A DNA stretch of 64,000 nt, from contig JBEKXL010000014.1 of NCBI GenBank assembly GCA_049512075.1, forward strand, positions 1 to 64,000. The letters are read 5' to 3'. A model generated the notes under the pieces. The model searched no databases, was not told the DNA's origin, and saw nothing but the letters and a program-made list of their open reading frames with translations. The position numbers were made by a program, and so were the translations under genes. The stretch comes from Candidatus Bathyarchaeia archaeon (GTDB lineage: Archaea > Thermoproteota > Bathyarchaeia > Bathyarchaeales > Bathycorpusculaceae). Position 1 is the stretch's first letter; the number at the start of each line of letters is the position of its first letter. Below, one piece after another: positions 31,173-41,481 of this stretch.

Positions 31173-32486
31173 GTGGGAAAGAAACTGAAGAACGAAAGCG
31201 TTATTTCTATAGTTAAGGACGATCTTTGCACAGGTTGTGGAACGTGTGCAGCTATTTGCCCATATCACGCAATTGAAATGAGTGAAAATCCCAGGAAGCA
31301 CATTCTTCTGCCAACAGTAAAGGAAGAAAAATGCACCAACTGTGGCAATTGTCGGAGAGTCTGTCCTGGGCATGAGGTCGACTTCAAAAAACTGAATGCG
31401 TGGATATTCGGCAAGCGTTGCACAGATAATTTCAATGACATCCTGTTGGGATACCATATTAAATCGTATTCAGGCTATTCACGTGACTTCAAAGTACGCT
31501 ATGGCTCAGCGTCCGGCGGATTGGCAACAGAAGTGCTTCTTTTCGCACTACGGGAAAATCTGATCGATGGAGCACTGGTCACGCGAATGAGCAAGGATCG
31601 ACCGCTGAAGCCTCAGCCCTTCATTGCAAGAACCCCCAAAGAGATAATGGAATCTGCAGGTTCCAAGTATTGTCCTGTACCTGCAAACGAGGCGCTTGAA
31701 GAAATCCTGGAGGAGAAAGGAAGATATGCGGTTGTGGGTCTTCCATGTCATATCCATGGAATCAGAAAGGCCGAAAAGGTCTATGAGAAGCTGCGTAAAA
31801 GGATAGTGCTTCATTTGGGAATTTTCTGTTCACACACAGATTCCCTGTTAGAGACGGAGTATTTGCTTTACAAACTAAAAGTGAACATTACTGATGTAGA
31901 GAGAATAGATTATCGTGGCAAAGGATGGCCTGGAATGTTGAGCATCAACCTGAGATCGGGCCGTTGCATCGATGTTCCTTTCCATGATTGGATAAAGATC
32001 CACGCATATTGTCTGTTCTCCCCCACGCGTTGCCTACTATGCTGTGACCACTGCGCAGAATTGGCCGACATTTCTTTTGCTGATGCTTGGCTCCCTGAGT
32101 TTCTAAGCGACTCCGTGGGCACATCGATTGCAGTGGCGAGATCAAGAATTGGCGATGATATACTGCATCAAGCGCAGTCAAAAGGGAAAATAGAGCTTCG
32201 CGAACTTGAGGACGTCAAAGTTGCAGAATCGCAGAAAATGATGCGCTTTAAGAAGAATAGCATCGCCGTGAGATTTCTTCTTTTTAACGCGCTGGGCAGA
32301 AAACTTCCTATATATAACACCGAAATACTAAAACCTAGTTATGTTGATTGGCCACGTTCAGCGATAATTTTCCTCAATCGTTACATTGCTGGAAAACGCA
32401 GTTTGTGGGGGAGTCTGGAAAGCTTCGCGAATCTACAGAATCCCCTTGAGCGAATGTACAAGAAGGCATTGAGATTCTCCTCATAG
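31173..32486 (+). CDS. FrhB/FdhB-like protein (F420 hydrogenase beta-subunit family) with a 2x[4Fe-4S] N-terminus
   Basis: CTGCGTCAAICP, CTNCGNCRRVCP, SASGG, GSKYCP, VGLPCHI, YRGKGWPG, RCLLCCDH, ADISFADAW. Confidence 0.9.
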   Translation: MGKKLKNESVISIVKDDLCTGCGTCAAICPYHAIEMSENPRKHILLPTVKEEKCTNCGNCRRVCPGHEVDFKKLNAWIFGKRCTDNFNDILLGYHIKSYSGYSRDFKVRYGSASGGLATEVLLFALRENLIDGALVTRMSKDRPLKPQPFIARTPKEIMESAGSKYCPVPANEALEEILEEKGRYAVVGLPCHIHGIRKAEKVYEKLRKRIVLHLGIFCSHTDSLLETEYLLYKLKVNITDVERIDYRGKGWPGMLSINLRSGRCIDVPFHDWIKIHAYCLFSPTRCLLCCDHCAELADISFADAWLPEFLSDSVGTSIAVARSRIGDDILHQAQSKGKIELRELEDVKVAESQKMMRFKKNSIAVRFLLFNALGRKLPIYNTEILKPSYVDWPRSAIIFLNRYIAGKRSLWGSLESFANLQNPLERMYKKALRFSS

Positions 32487-32702
32487 AAGTGCTTTGGCGA
32501 AGTGAACATTGAGCTTATGAAAAGTGTAGCGTTCTGGAATAGAAACAGATGCCTTCAGAAAAAGCAATCTTCCATCGTTCAATGCTTATAGGAAAGAAGC
32601 ATTTTCGTCGATGACTGAATCTTCTTGCTTGCTGGTGGGAAGAGCGAGATATGCCACCTTTCGTACTCAGATTAGATCTATCATAAGTGCTGGAGAGACT
32701 CG

Positions 32703-34043
32703 ATGTCGAAGTTGCCTTCAAGAATTCACATTGTCCATGTTGGTACCATGAACAACATGGGGACGCAAGCTCTTCTGGAAAGCGATGTTTCAGCTCTCAG
32801 GGAAATAGCAGGCAATGATGTTCTCTTATCGGTTTCAACCACAGACGAAGCAGGAGTCAAGAAACTGTCGCTTGGCCTAGATGCTGTGGTGCCCAATTTG
32901 GTCGATATTCCTTTCAGGAAGGCAGATGATTTGGCAATTAGACTCAAAATAAGTAGAAGTAGCTCAAAATACAAGGCTCTAACTTTCCTGTTAACGATAT
33001 ACATGCTATTCCAAGTGGAGCTTTCCATACTTTCGGCCATACTTGTCAAAATGAGGCTTAAGCCTTTGTACCGCTCGAAGGTCTTTGACCGAATATGCAA
33101 CTGCAACCTCGTGATCTCGTGCAGTGACGAGAATTTTAGGGAAGTACCGTCGCTGATAAGCTCGCAAATTTACTGGGTTTTTGTTTGGTGGTCAATCCTC
33201 TTCGAAAGGACTTTCGAAATATCTGTGGCGAGATACTTTAAGAAGCCGACGGTGATGTTTCCCAATTCGGTTGGCCCTTTCAAAACGTTTGTTGGAAGAT
33301 TCTTGTCAAGACTTTCTCTTAACAACTGTAACCGAATTTTGATTAGGGACTCGATCTCTTACGAGCTAGTTAAGTCACTAGACATTAAGGCTCCAAGAAT
33401 TCTGACCTCTGATTCAGTTTTGTTGTTTTCGCCAGATTTTCCTTCCAAGCTTAAGAATAACGAAAAGTCAAATAACAGACCTGTTATTGGCGTATCTGCA
33501 GGAATATACAATCACACGGTGACAACTACTGAAATCAGAAAGTACATCAAAGAGCATGCTCTGGCACTCGATATTGCTATAGAAGAACTCGGAGCTGAGG
33601 TCATATTCTTGCCACATTACATTACGGGCTTTCGTTACGACGACCTTGAAATAAGCAATTTGATTCTTCAAAGCATGAAGCACAAGAATGGAGTCAGAAT
33701 TATCCAAGTCGACAACGCAAGGGAATTTAAATCTATACTAGGACAGATGAGCATAATAGTCTCGTCGAAGATGCACCCAGCAGTGATTGGCATCTCGATG
33801 TTTACTCCTACTTTGTGTATTGCCTATGACCACAAACAGATGGGATTTTTTGAAGATATAGGGATGTCCCAGTTCCTTGTTCGCTTTGATGAGATTTCTC
33901 ACGAGGTGATTTTCTCGAAAATAAACTCTCTTTGGGAAGAAAGAGGAAAGCTTCATGAAGAACTGGAAATAAAGGTTACAGCATTACAGGAGAGTTTAAG
34001 AATTTCGCTTCGCAAAGCCATATGTATTTACATTCAGGAATAG
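32703..34043 (+). CDS. Polysaccharide pyruvyl-transferase-like protein (WcaK family), second copy
   Basis: NNMGTQAL, NSVGPF, ILIRDSIS, SSKMHPAV, IAYDHKQ. Confidence 0.85.
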   Translation: MSKLPSRIHIVHVGTMNNMGTQALLESDVSALREIAGNDVLLSVSTTDEAGVKKLSLGLDAVVPNLVDIPFRKADDLAIRLKISRSSSKYKALTFLLTIYMLFQVELSILSAILVKMRLKPLYRSKVFDRICNCNLVISCSDENFREVPSLISSQIYWVFVWWSILFERTFEISVARYFKKPTVMFPNSVGPFKTFVGRFLSRLSLNNCNRILIRDSISYELVKSLDIKAPRILTSDSVLLFSPDFPSKLKNNEKSNNRPVIGVSAGIYNHTVTTTEIRKYIKEHALALDIAIEELGAEVIFLPHYITGFRYDDLEISNLILQSMKHKNGVRIIQVDNAREFKSILGQMSIIVSSKMHPAVIGISMFTPTLCIAYDHKQMGFFEDIGMSQFLVRFDEISHEVIFSKINSLWEERGKLHEELEIKVTALQESLRISLRKAICIYIQE

Positions 34044-34056
34044 GCGATGACGGAGT

Positions 34057-35397
34057 ATGCTTGACCTTCTGAAAACTCCGTTCCTTCTCCGAGCAATGAT
34101 TCGGCGCGCCTATTGGGATGAGGAAAGGCTTATTGAATACCAAGAGAAGAAACTGAGAGAAATCATCAGGTATTCGTATGACCATGTTCCTTTCTATCAT
34201 AGAAAAATGGATGAATTGAACATCAAACCCAATGATATAAGGGGTCTCAAGGATCTAAAAAAACTGCCGATAATAGGGAAAGATCAAATCAGAAACAATC
34301 TCAATGAAATCGTTTCCAGCGATTATGATATTAACGGACTTCGTGCATTTTATACGAGTGGTTCTACTGGAAAACCCCTAACTATTTTCGTCACGAAGGA
34401 AGAAGACATAATCAGAAAAGTAAAGCATCTCCGAGCGAATATTGGCTGCGGGCAAAAACCGAGAGATCGGTGGGTCGCCCTGACATCCCCTTCGCACTTT
34501 AGCGAAGCTTCGGGAATTCAACGGAAGCTCAGGATATATGCTCCGTGCGCCTTCATTTCCGTTTTTGACGATTTAACAAAACAGTTCTCGGTACTGGAAA
34601 AAGCGAGACCCGATGTTCTAGGTGGTTATGCAAGTTCCATCCTGCTATTGGCAAAGGAAGCCAGAAGAAGGGAACTAAAGACAATAAGACCCCGACTAAT
34701 TTTCACTGGAGCTGAACTCATTGATTCGAGGTCACGCAGTTTCATTGAAGAAGTCTTTGATGCCCCTGTTTTTGATCAGTATGCGACCATAGAATTCGAA
34801 CGAGTTGCTTGGCAGTGTCAGGAACGACATGGCTACCACATTGACGCGGACATGGTCATAACGCAGTTCATTGACAAGAATGGAGAAGAAGTTGCTTCAG
34901 GAGAAACCGGACAAATAGTCTGCACGAGTCTATTTAGTTATGCAATGCCATTTATAAGATATACCGTTGGCGACATTGGCGCACCTTCAAACGAAAAGTG
35001 CAATTGCGGAAGAAGTCTCCCTTTGATGAAAGTCATCGAAGGACGCAAGGACTCACTATTGCTTCTACCAGACGGTCGACTGATGTCTCCTTTCACTATA
35101 TTGATGACGGTAAGCCAGTTCAAGATGATAAGTGACGTAGACCAGTTCCGTTTCATACAGAAAGATACGGATAGTTTCGTGCTTGAAATCAAAAAAAAGG
35201 ACGCGAGTGTTGATGAAAAGACTGTTGAGCGGGAATTTGTTGCCCACATCAAAAAGAGCCTTAGAATAGATGCGTTTAATCCAAAGTTTGAAGTCACGTT
35301 TGTCGACAGCTTTCCGTTAGACAAAAGTGGGAAGATCAGACCAGTAATCACTGAATTGAACACCAATGCCCTGCAGAGAAAAGTAGCAAACGATTAG
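34057..35397 (+). CDS. CapK/phenylacetate-CoA ligase-like adenylate-forming enzyme
   Basis: YDHVPFY, TSGSTGKP, FDQYATIE, MPFIRYTVGD, IEGR, DKSGKIR. Confidence 0.88.
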   Translation: MLDLLKTPFLLRAMIRRAYWDEERLIEYQEKKLREIIRYSYDHVPFYHRKMDELNIKPNDIRGLKDLKKLPIIGKDQIRNNLNEIVSSDYDINGLRAFYTSGSTGKPLTIFVTKEEDIIRKVKHLRANIGCGQKPRDRWVALTSPSHFSEASGIQRKLRIYAPCAFISVFDDLTKQFSVLEKARPDVLGGYASSILLLAKEARRRELKTIRPRLIFTGAELIDSRSRSFIEEVFDAPVFDQYATIEFERVAWQCQERHGYHIDADMVITQFIDKNGEEVASGETGQIVCTSLFSYAMPFIRYTVGDIGAPSNEKCNCGRSLPLMKVIEGRKDSLLLLPDGRLMSPFTILMTVSQFKMISDVDQFRFIQKDTDSFVLEIKKKDASVDEKTVEREFVAHIKKSLRIDAFNPKFEVTFVDSFPLDKSGKIRPVITELNTNALQRKVAND

Positions 35398-35424
35398 GAA
35401 CCTGATTCTTTCGTCGATCAAGGG

Positions 35425-37092
35425 GTGCAGAACTTGGTTCAGTCAAAACTCCATTACGTCATTATTGCTTTGGCAGTAGCTATGCTGGTCTGTACAGCAG
35501 GTTCGACATCTATTCACTCGATGGATTCAAGCGGTTTTGGACTTGTTAGTAGACTTCCTATCTACTTCTGGGTGGGTCTGGTTCTTGTATGTTTCCTGTG
35601 GTACCTTGGCCGCAGGTCTAAGACAACGCTGATTGCGGCGCTTGTTCTTACGTTGTCATTCTTGTTCATCGCGCCGGCGATTGTTAGAGTGCCCGTGTGG
35701 CTAAGTAATTCATATTATCCTTTTGCAGAGAGTTCCCTCATAGACACTTCTGGTCATCTCGTTGATCGTCCTCTTCTTCCCTCATTCAGCTATCACGACT
35801 GGCCCATGTTCTTGTATCTAGCGAGCATCCTAACGATAGTGACAGAAGCCCCGGATTATCTTCTGCTCAAACTGTTTCCGTTGATAACCGTCTGTGCTTA
35901 TGGATTGTTGGCTTTCTTGGTTTTGAAATCTCGGCTTAAAACCGAGCATGCGATTTTAGGCGCAGGATGGGTTCTTGCAACTTATTGGCTACGCCAACAG
36001 TACTTCGGACCCCAGGGTGTTGCCTACATTCTGTTCTTGTTGGCTTTTCTGCTCATTACTTGGATTTTCTTTGACGAGAAGGCTCGAAAGAAAGAATTGC
36101 TTGCGCTTTTCTTTTGCGTTTTCTCCATACTCACTTTGATGCATGTGCTCTCAGCTTTTATGGTGATAACGCTTCTAGTTGCGCTGTACGTTTCACAGAG
36201 GTTCTTGACAAAGAAGCTAGATTCTAACGTAGCAAAATTGGTCCTTTTCTCAATCGTGTTTTTCCTAGCTTGCAACATATATTTTGCGGGGGACTTCTTC
36301 CAGTTTGCCGTCCAGAGAATGTATCAGAGCCTCCTAGGAATCGGCGGGCACTCTTTTCTTAGTGAAACTACGCGTGTGATAGGCTCACGTGCAAACCAAG
36401 TCAGCTATTTCTCTTCATGGGGATCAGTGTTTATCAGCGCGGGAATCGCGTTCCTGTCGCTAATTCTAGTTGGGAGGAAGATTCTTCCTCGGAGGCAATT
36501 TGCAAAAGAAGGCTATGCTATTTTCTGTGGGATCTCTTTGGTACTCTTTGCTGTTTACGGAGTTGTACTTCAGTATGGGCTTTCCGAAGCATATCAGCGA
36601 GCTTTCATGTTCGGCTTGGTTCCCCTAGCCTTTCTTTGTATCTACGTTTTAAAGGATAGACCGAAATTGCTGGTTGGTTTGCTTGCGGTCTTGATATTTC
36701 TAAACATCCCTGCTCAATACGGATCTGACTCATTCAGACTCTCTACTAACCAGGAGTTGGCAGGGTCCAGATTTTTCGCAACGTACTCACCCCAAAAATC
36801 CACCTGCTTTGACGAGTTCTCCCTTTACATCAGATATTATAATTCAACTAAGATTTACCAATTCACGACGATCGTCGCTTCTGCACCTTCTGTCAAGAAG
36901 CTAAACCAGACTTCTGTTGATCAGGAATTGGCTAGACTAGACTACGTTGTACGCTCTGGACTTGAAAACAACTATTATTTGTTTTATTACGGGTCCAATC
37001 CTCTCAGTGGAGCCAACCTCGACCGGTTCAACAAAGTATACGATAACGGGGCTTATGAGATATTCAGTAACAACAACGTAACTGTTGGATAA
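35425..37092 (+). CDS. Polytopic membrane protein, putative GT-C/glycan polymerase or ligase
   Basis: About 13 TM helices; YHDWP, QQYFGPQGVAY, C-terminal extracellular NKVYDNG. Last gene of the glycan operon. Confidence 0.65.
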   Translation: MQNLVQSKLHYVIIALAVAMLVCTAGSTSIHSMDSSGFGLVSRLPIYFWVGLVLVCFLWYLGRRSKTTLIAALVLTLSFLFIAPAIVRVPVWLSNSYYPFAESSLIDTSGHLVDRPLLPSFSYHDWPMFLYLASILTIVTEAPDYLLLKLFPLITVCAYGLLAFLVLKSRLKTEHAILGAGWVLATYWLRQQYFGPQGVAYILFLLAFLLITWIFFDEKARKKELLALFFCVFSILTLMHVLSAFMVITLLVALYVSQRFLTKKLDSNVAKLVLFSIVFFLACNIYFAGDFFQFAVQRMYQSLLGIGGHSFLSETTRVIGSRANQVSYFSSWGSVFISAGIAFLSLILVGRKILPRRQFAKEGYAIFCGISLVLFAVYGVVLQYGLSEAYQRAFMFGLVPLAFLCIYVLKDRPKLLVGLLAVLIFLNIPAQYGSDSFRLSTNQELAGSRFFATYSPQKSTCFDEFSLYIRYYNSTKIYQFTTIVASAPSVKKLNQTSVDQELARLDYVVRSGLENNYYLFYYGSNPLSGANLDRFNKVYDNGAYEIFSNNNVTVG

Positions 37093-37131
37093 CCGCTGTT
37101 GCCGAGAATGAGATTGGTCCAAGACATACGT

Positions 37132-38619
37132 TTAACTTGCACGTGGATGAAGCAAGATAACGGTATATCCGTGCATTGTGATAGGGCCGTTCAAATCTAA
37201 TGTACCATTTTGCACTCTGGGTGTCTGCCAAGGTACGGTGGTGTCTATTTTAGAGTACTCGGCTTGACCACTGATTCCATTGAGCGTAATCGTTCTTTCC
37301 TGAGCCGTTTTGCAGATCAAGAGTATATTCAACTGCGTGTTGTGAATCCACGCGAGTGACGTGATGTCTTCTGATGAGCTTGTCGTGTCGACGATGACGT
37401 CACCTGGTGCCATGTTGGTTCCTATCATTTGTTGGACGTAATACGGGTACCATGGTTGACTGTTATCTATGTTGACCATTCCGATTCCGCTGGTGCCGCT
37501 GCTGCCGAAAGTGAAGTAGATGCAGTCTTTGATGTTCATTAGACTGAACATTCTTATTGACAAAGCAGTGTAGACAGCACCGAACATGGTGCGTGTTCGG
37601 GGATCAGTTCCATTGGTGTATGCACTGTTGAGGTTGCCCTCCGACATGATGATGGGCAGATCAAGACCCTTTGCGGTTCTGTAAATATCCACAGCCTGCG
37701 TAGGTGAATACTTGTTTGAGCTCTCGACTAGATATTTCGTTTCTGCTGTTGCCATAAGATCTGCATCGGCAATGTCCAATGTGGAAGCGCCATACCTATG
37801 GAAACTGATGAAATCAAGATTTTCTCCGTTAGAAATGAAGTAGTCCAAGACGGCCTTCTTGGTGGACTCGTCGCAGCCTATCATAATACTTGGGTTTGAT
37901 GCGCGCATTGCAATTGCTGCCGAATTAAATAGCTGCATGTAGTACCCGAGCTGGGGTTGGTCACCATACCATCCAAAGTAGTGGAACGGCTCATTTATCA
38001 TCTCGTAGTAGCGGACAGGTAGTCCTGAGCTTTTGAAGTGGTCGACCCAAGCGGCGCAATATGCGGCCCATTGATCTGGGTAAGGCAATCCTGTTTGCGG
38101 GTTAGTGCTCATGCCGACAGGCATTGAAGTCAGTTGATTGCTGTCCCAGCTGTAGAATCCCAGAACTATCAATGGTTCAGCTCCATTCTCATAGATTCTC
38201 TTAAGAAGCAAGTCAATATCACTCCAGTCCCAAGTTCCACTTTTTGTTGTTTCATTCCATGTGACACATGGTTTACCTAGGCGGTGTTCAAAGAAGCGAA
38301 CCAATCTGAAGCCTGCATTTTTCGAGAGATTTTGGAGGGCGGGTTGGTTCAACCACTGCCTTATGTCATGACCATCTAGTTGGAATCCTAGAGAAAGGTT
38401 GTTGGTTGCAATAGCTTTTCGTTGGTTCACGTTGATTGTTGCTAGGGGGGCATAGCTGATAAAACCTGTTGCCGACATGCTTGTTGAACCCGCGGAAGTC
38501 GAGTAGACGAAAGCTGTTGAGTTCAAAAACGTTAATGCCAATATGAGGGGCATGAGATGCCATTTATTGATTTGGTGAAGCCTCAATTGAACACCCGTAT
38601 CGTTTTCTTTAACACTCAC
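37132..38619 (-). CDS. Secreted GH39-like (clan GH-A) glycoside hydrolase, paralog 1
   Basis: Signal peptide; WDWSDID; YYEMINEP; DFISFHRYG; IMSEGN; C-terminal beta domain. Confidence 0.78.
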   Translation of the reverse strand: MSVKENDTGVQLRLHQINKWHLMPLILALTFLNSTAFVYSTSAGSTSMSATGFISYAPLATINVNQRKAIATNNLSLGFQLDGHDIRQWLNQPALQNLSKNAGFRLVRFFEHRLGKPCVTWNETTKSGTWDWSDIDLLLKRIYENGAEPLIVLGFYSWDSNQLTSMPVGMSTNPQTGLPYPDQWAAYCAAWVDHFKSSGLPVRYYEMINEPFHYFGWYGDQPQLGYYMQLFNSAAIAMRASNPSIMIGCDESTKKAVLDYFISNGENLDFISFHRYGASTLDIADADLMATAETKYLVESSNKYSPTQAVDIYRTAKGLDLPIIMSEGNLNSAYTNGTDPRTRTMFGAVYTALSIRMFSLMNIKDCIYFTFGSSGTSGIGMVNIDNSQPWYPYYVQQMIGTNMAPGDVIVDTTSSSEDITSLAWIHNTQLNILLICKTAQERTITLNGISGQAEYSKIDTTVPWQTPRVQNGTLDLNGPITMHGYTVILLHPRAS

Positions 38620-38899
38620 AATCTCATATAGTACGATATAATAAAGCTTGTTTCACACTTGACGAACACAAATACAAATCATCAATTCTAGGGAGGGCAT
38701 AGGGGAAGCAACTTGGACGCCTGTGAGGTAAATTATTTACTGTATGAACGCTGTTTTGAGGGATGTAGACGAGTTTCCTCGACCTTTCAAATGCTAGCTG
38801 ACACTTGCATGTTTCTGACCTAACCTGGCTAAACGTCATGAGGCCGAGAAATCCAAATAAGTCAGATACAAGTTTAAGGTAGATCAAACGACTCGTTCA

Positions 38900-39817
38900 T
38901 TGAAGAGGTTTGTCAAAGTGACTTTGATAGACGTTCGTTATGGACTGAATTATTCATCTGCCCATTGGGACTATGCTGAAACCGACAGTGTTCTGGCAGC
39001 AGATTTTGGTTTATTCCAGAGGAATCACATCAGCCTGATATGTCTATGGCTACACTGGTCACGTATCCAGCCATCATCATCGTCATCATACGATAAGGTC
39101 TATCTGGAAAAAATAGCAAATCTATGCAGCATCGCTGCTCAATATGGGATACTAGCGGACATTGATTTTCACTCAGGCTCCGGAAGCTACAAACGATACG
39201 GTCTGCCGCCTTGGTTTTCTGGAACTTTCGACGAAGTCGCAACCAGTTCGACTTCCAAAACAGAGTGGATCAACATGGAAAAACACGTCATCCAATACCT
39301 TTCATCGGTTCCGAATATAAGAAGTTGGCAGCTGTTCAACGAACCTTGGGCAGACACCTCCTCCTTGCAGACAAGCTATCGAACTCTCTTCGTCGAAACG
39401 ACGAATGCATTGAGAACCTTGACGAGCAAGCCGTTTACGATAAGGTTTGGCGCTTCTTCATTCACCACGCACAAGTGGAAAGATTGGGCTCAACTGTATC
39501 AGATATGCGATTTCATGGCTCTCAATTGGTATCCAAAATACCACACCATAGCATCTCTCGACGCATGGATAACTGCTTCCAGAAACCACGGAAAAGATAC
39601 AGTGACAACTGAATACGGCGAGGACACAGCTGAGGATGGTGCACAAACGCAGTCGCTCGCGGAACAGATTTCGTTGTTCAAGGCTAGAAAGATAAACACG
39701 ACTTTGGTGTGTCAGTATGGACGATTGAGCGCTGGACACTATTTTGATCTCTTGAACCTATCGACGGGGCAGCCCAGGCCCGCCTTCTATGAAGTGGCGA
39801 AGGCGAATGCACAATAG
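38900..39817 (+). CDS. Clan GH-A hydrolase (GH5/GH42-like) lacking a signal peptide; close paralog of 56293-57273
   Basis: LHWSRIQP, WQLFNEP, TTEYG, QPRPAFYEVAKAN. Confidence 0.8.
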   Translation: MKRFVKVTLIDVRYGLNYSSAHWDYAETDSVLAADFGLFQRNHISLICLWLHWSRIQPSSSSSYDKVYLEKIANLCSIAAQYGILADIDFHSGSGSYKRYGLPPWFSGTFDEVATSSTSKTEWINMEKHVIQYLSSVPNIRSWQLFNEPWADTSSLQTSYRTLFVETTNALRTLTSKPFTIRFGASSFTTHKWKDWAQLYQICDFMALNWYPKYHTIASLDAWITASRNHGKDTVTTEYGEDTAEDGAQTQSLAEQISLFKARKINTTLVCQYGRLSAGHYFDLLNLSTGQPRPAFYEVAKANAQ

Positions 39818-39896
39818 GTGTTTCAGGTATGAAGGCTCTGCCAGTACGACGTTCGAGCGAATGTATAGAACCAATGTATGTTTCGGAAGCGTCCGA

Positions 39897-40595
39897 ATGA
39901 AGTTGATTCATTTTGCAATCGTCCTTCTAACTATCAACCTCTGCCTACTTAGCTGTGTGAACTTTGGGTTTTCTGCTCCAGCTGATGAAACTCTTTACTT
40001 TCAAACTTATACGAGCATCCTCCCAAACGGCCTTGAGCTTCAAGCCATGAATAAAAGTATACAAAACCCTGCCCAACAAGCAAATTATAGCAGCGCCAAC
40101 CGCGGTTTTATTTCGCAGCCATTGGCTGAAGACTTCATTTTTCAAACGGTAAACGTTACTGTCTACCATGACGCCGTTCCATCCGGCCCTGGAAATTTTA
40201 CAATGTATGCTACCCTCGATGCTGCCAATGCCAGCGGCGACGCGTACTGGTTCTCTGATCAGTACGGAACGCAGTTAGCACCAGGTTCAAGGGTGGATTC
40301 TGTTCTTATTAATGTTGCAGTTCAGCTTTTTGAGGGAGACAGCATTAGTGTCTATGTGGGTCCTATAGACAATGGAAATGACATTGGTCTAGATATGTAC
40401 TGGGGGAACTCCACCTATCCAAGCAGCATTTCATATGCTGGAACAGCATACTACAACTACATCCCCGAATTTCCATCAACACTACTATTATTCATCATAA
40501 TTGCTGACACATCTCTGGCCTTGATAGTGTGCAAGAGTCATGCAAAAAAACGACAAATCCAAGCGCGCATGCGTGTTCCTAAAATGACTTTATGA
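39897..40595 (+). CDS. Secreted protein with a PEF-CTERM-like sorting tail
   Basis: MKLIHFAIVLL signal peptide; YIPEFPSTLLLFII...KK tail. Confidence 0.72.
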   Translation: MKLIHFAIVLLTINLCLLSCVNFGFSAPADETLYFQTYTSILPNGLELQAMNKSIQNPAQQANYSSANRGFISQPLAEDFIFQTVNVTVYHDAVPSGPGNFTMYATLDAANASGDAYWFSDQYGTQLAPGSRVDSVLINVAVQLFEGDSISVYVGPIDNGNDIGLDMYWGNSTYPSSISYAGTAYYNYIPEFPSTLLLFIIIADTSLALIVCKSHAKKRQIQARMRVPKMTL

Positions 40596-40859
40596 AAGAC
40601 GACCTGCATATATACTGCCTGGGCTGGCTAGTCCGTCTTTGACCATGGTCTGTGCGACCGGTAAAATGACTGGACGTTGCCCGTGAGCTGCTAAAGTAGT
40701 GGGTTTCTCGCCCGGATGAGTGATTGCAGCCTAATGCCAGCCTGAAAGAATGGAGGTCGAATGGAGAATCAGGGGAGGTGTGGCAAAAAGCTTAACTCTA
40801 CTGCTTCGCATTGGATTGTAGGTTGGCATTGGGTAGGCTTGGGGGCGCCAGGTTCGTGC

Positions 40860-41057
40860 AGCGTCTTTCATGAGTGGTTAAAAATGGTATTTATTCTTTT
40901 TAGGGCTTTGGAGGCAGTTTTGAGGTGCACATCTGTTTTTGACCTTCTTGCACTGTCCGTCTCAACACAGCCAAGACCTACTATCAAGCAGTCCAAATCA
41001 AACGCAGATAGGCAAAAGAAGAATAAAAACCATTTTAGACCAATTTCGGAACAAGCA
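40860..41057. mobile_element. Degenerate second MITE copy
   Basis: TGGTTAAAAATGGTATTTATTC on the left and GGCAAAAGAAGAATAAAAACCATTTTAGACCAATTTCGGAACAAGC on the right match 21209-21417; followed by TGCGCGCC. Confidence 0.75.
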
Positions 41058-41481
41058 TGCGCGCCGTTGAGTGGGCAAAGCGAACCTTTCTCCCTAGCTT
41101 ACATCCTTACTGAGACTTCAATCACATAGCTGCCGAGTTGTAACGCATGCTTCAATCTGCTAGAGAGATCCTTTGCAAACCACGGAAGCTTTTGCGAAGA
41201 ACGCGCGCTGCATTGAACTTGCTCGGTACATAGTCATTTTTTCCTTTGATTGGAGTAGGATGGGTCAAGGAAGATGAAGTCAACATTCTTTTCCACGATC
41301 CCATTCAGGATGTCGCTTTTATGAATCTTAAAAAAAGCTCATCCTTTTTTAGCCATTGCTGGGTCAATCTGTTTCGGGTCAATGAGAAAACTCGTTTGTT
41401 CTTGTTTTGAATGGTGGATGCTAAGATGCTACCCCATTTGAGAAACCTTAGGTGGAGAAAAAGGAGGAAGCTTTGCGCTCG

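Noticed and set aside
31173-32486. Evidence for an F420-reducing hydrogenase or methanogenesis
   Set aside because: A lone FrhB-family gene inside a glycan operon, without frhA/frhG or other energy-metabolism genes.
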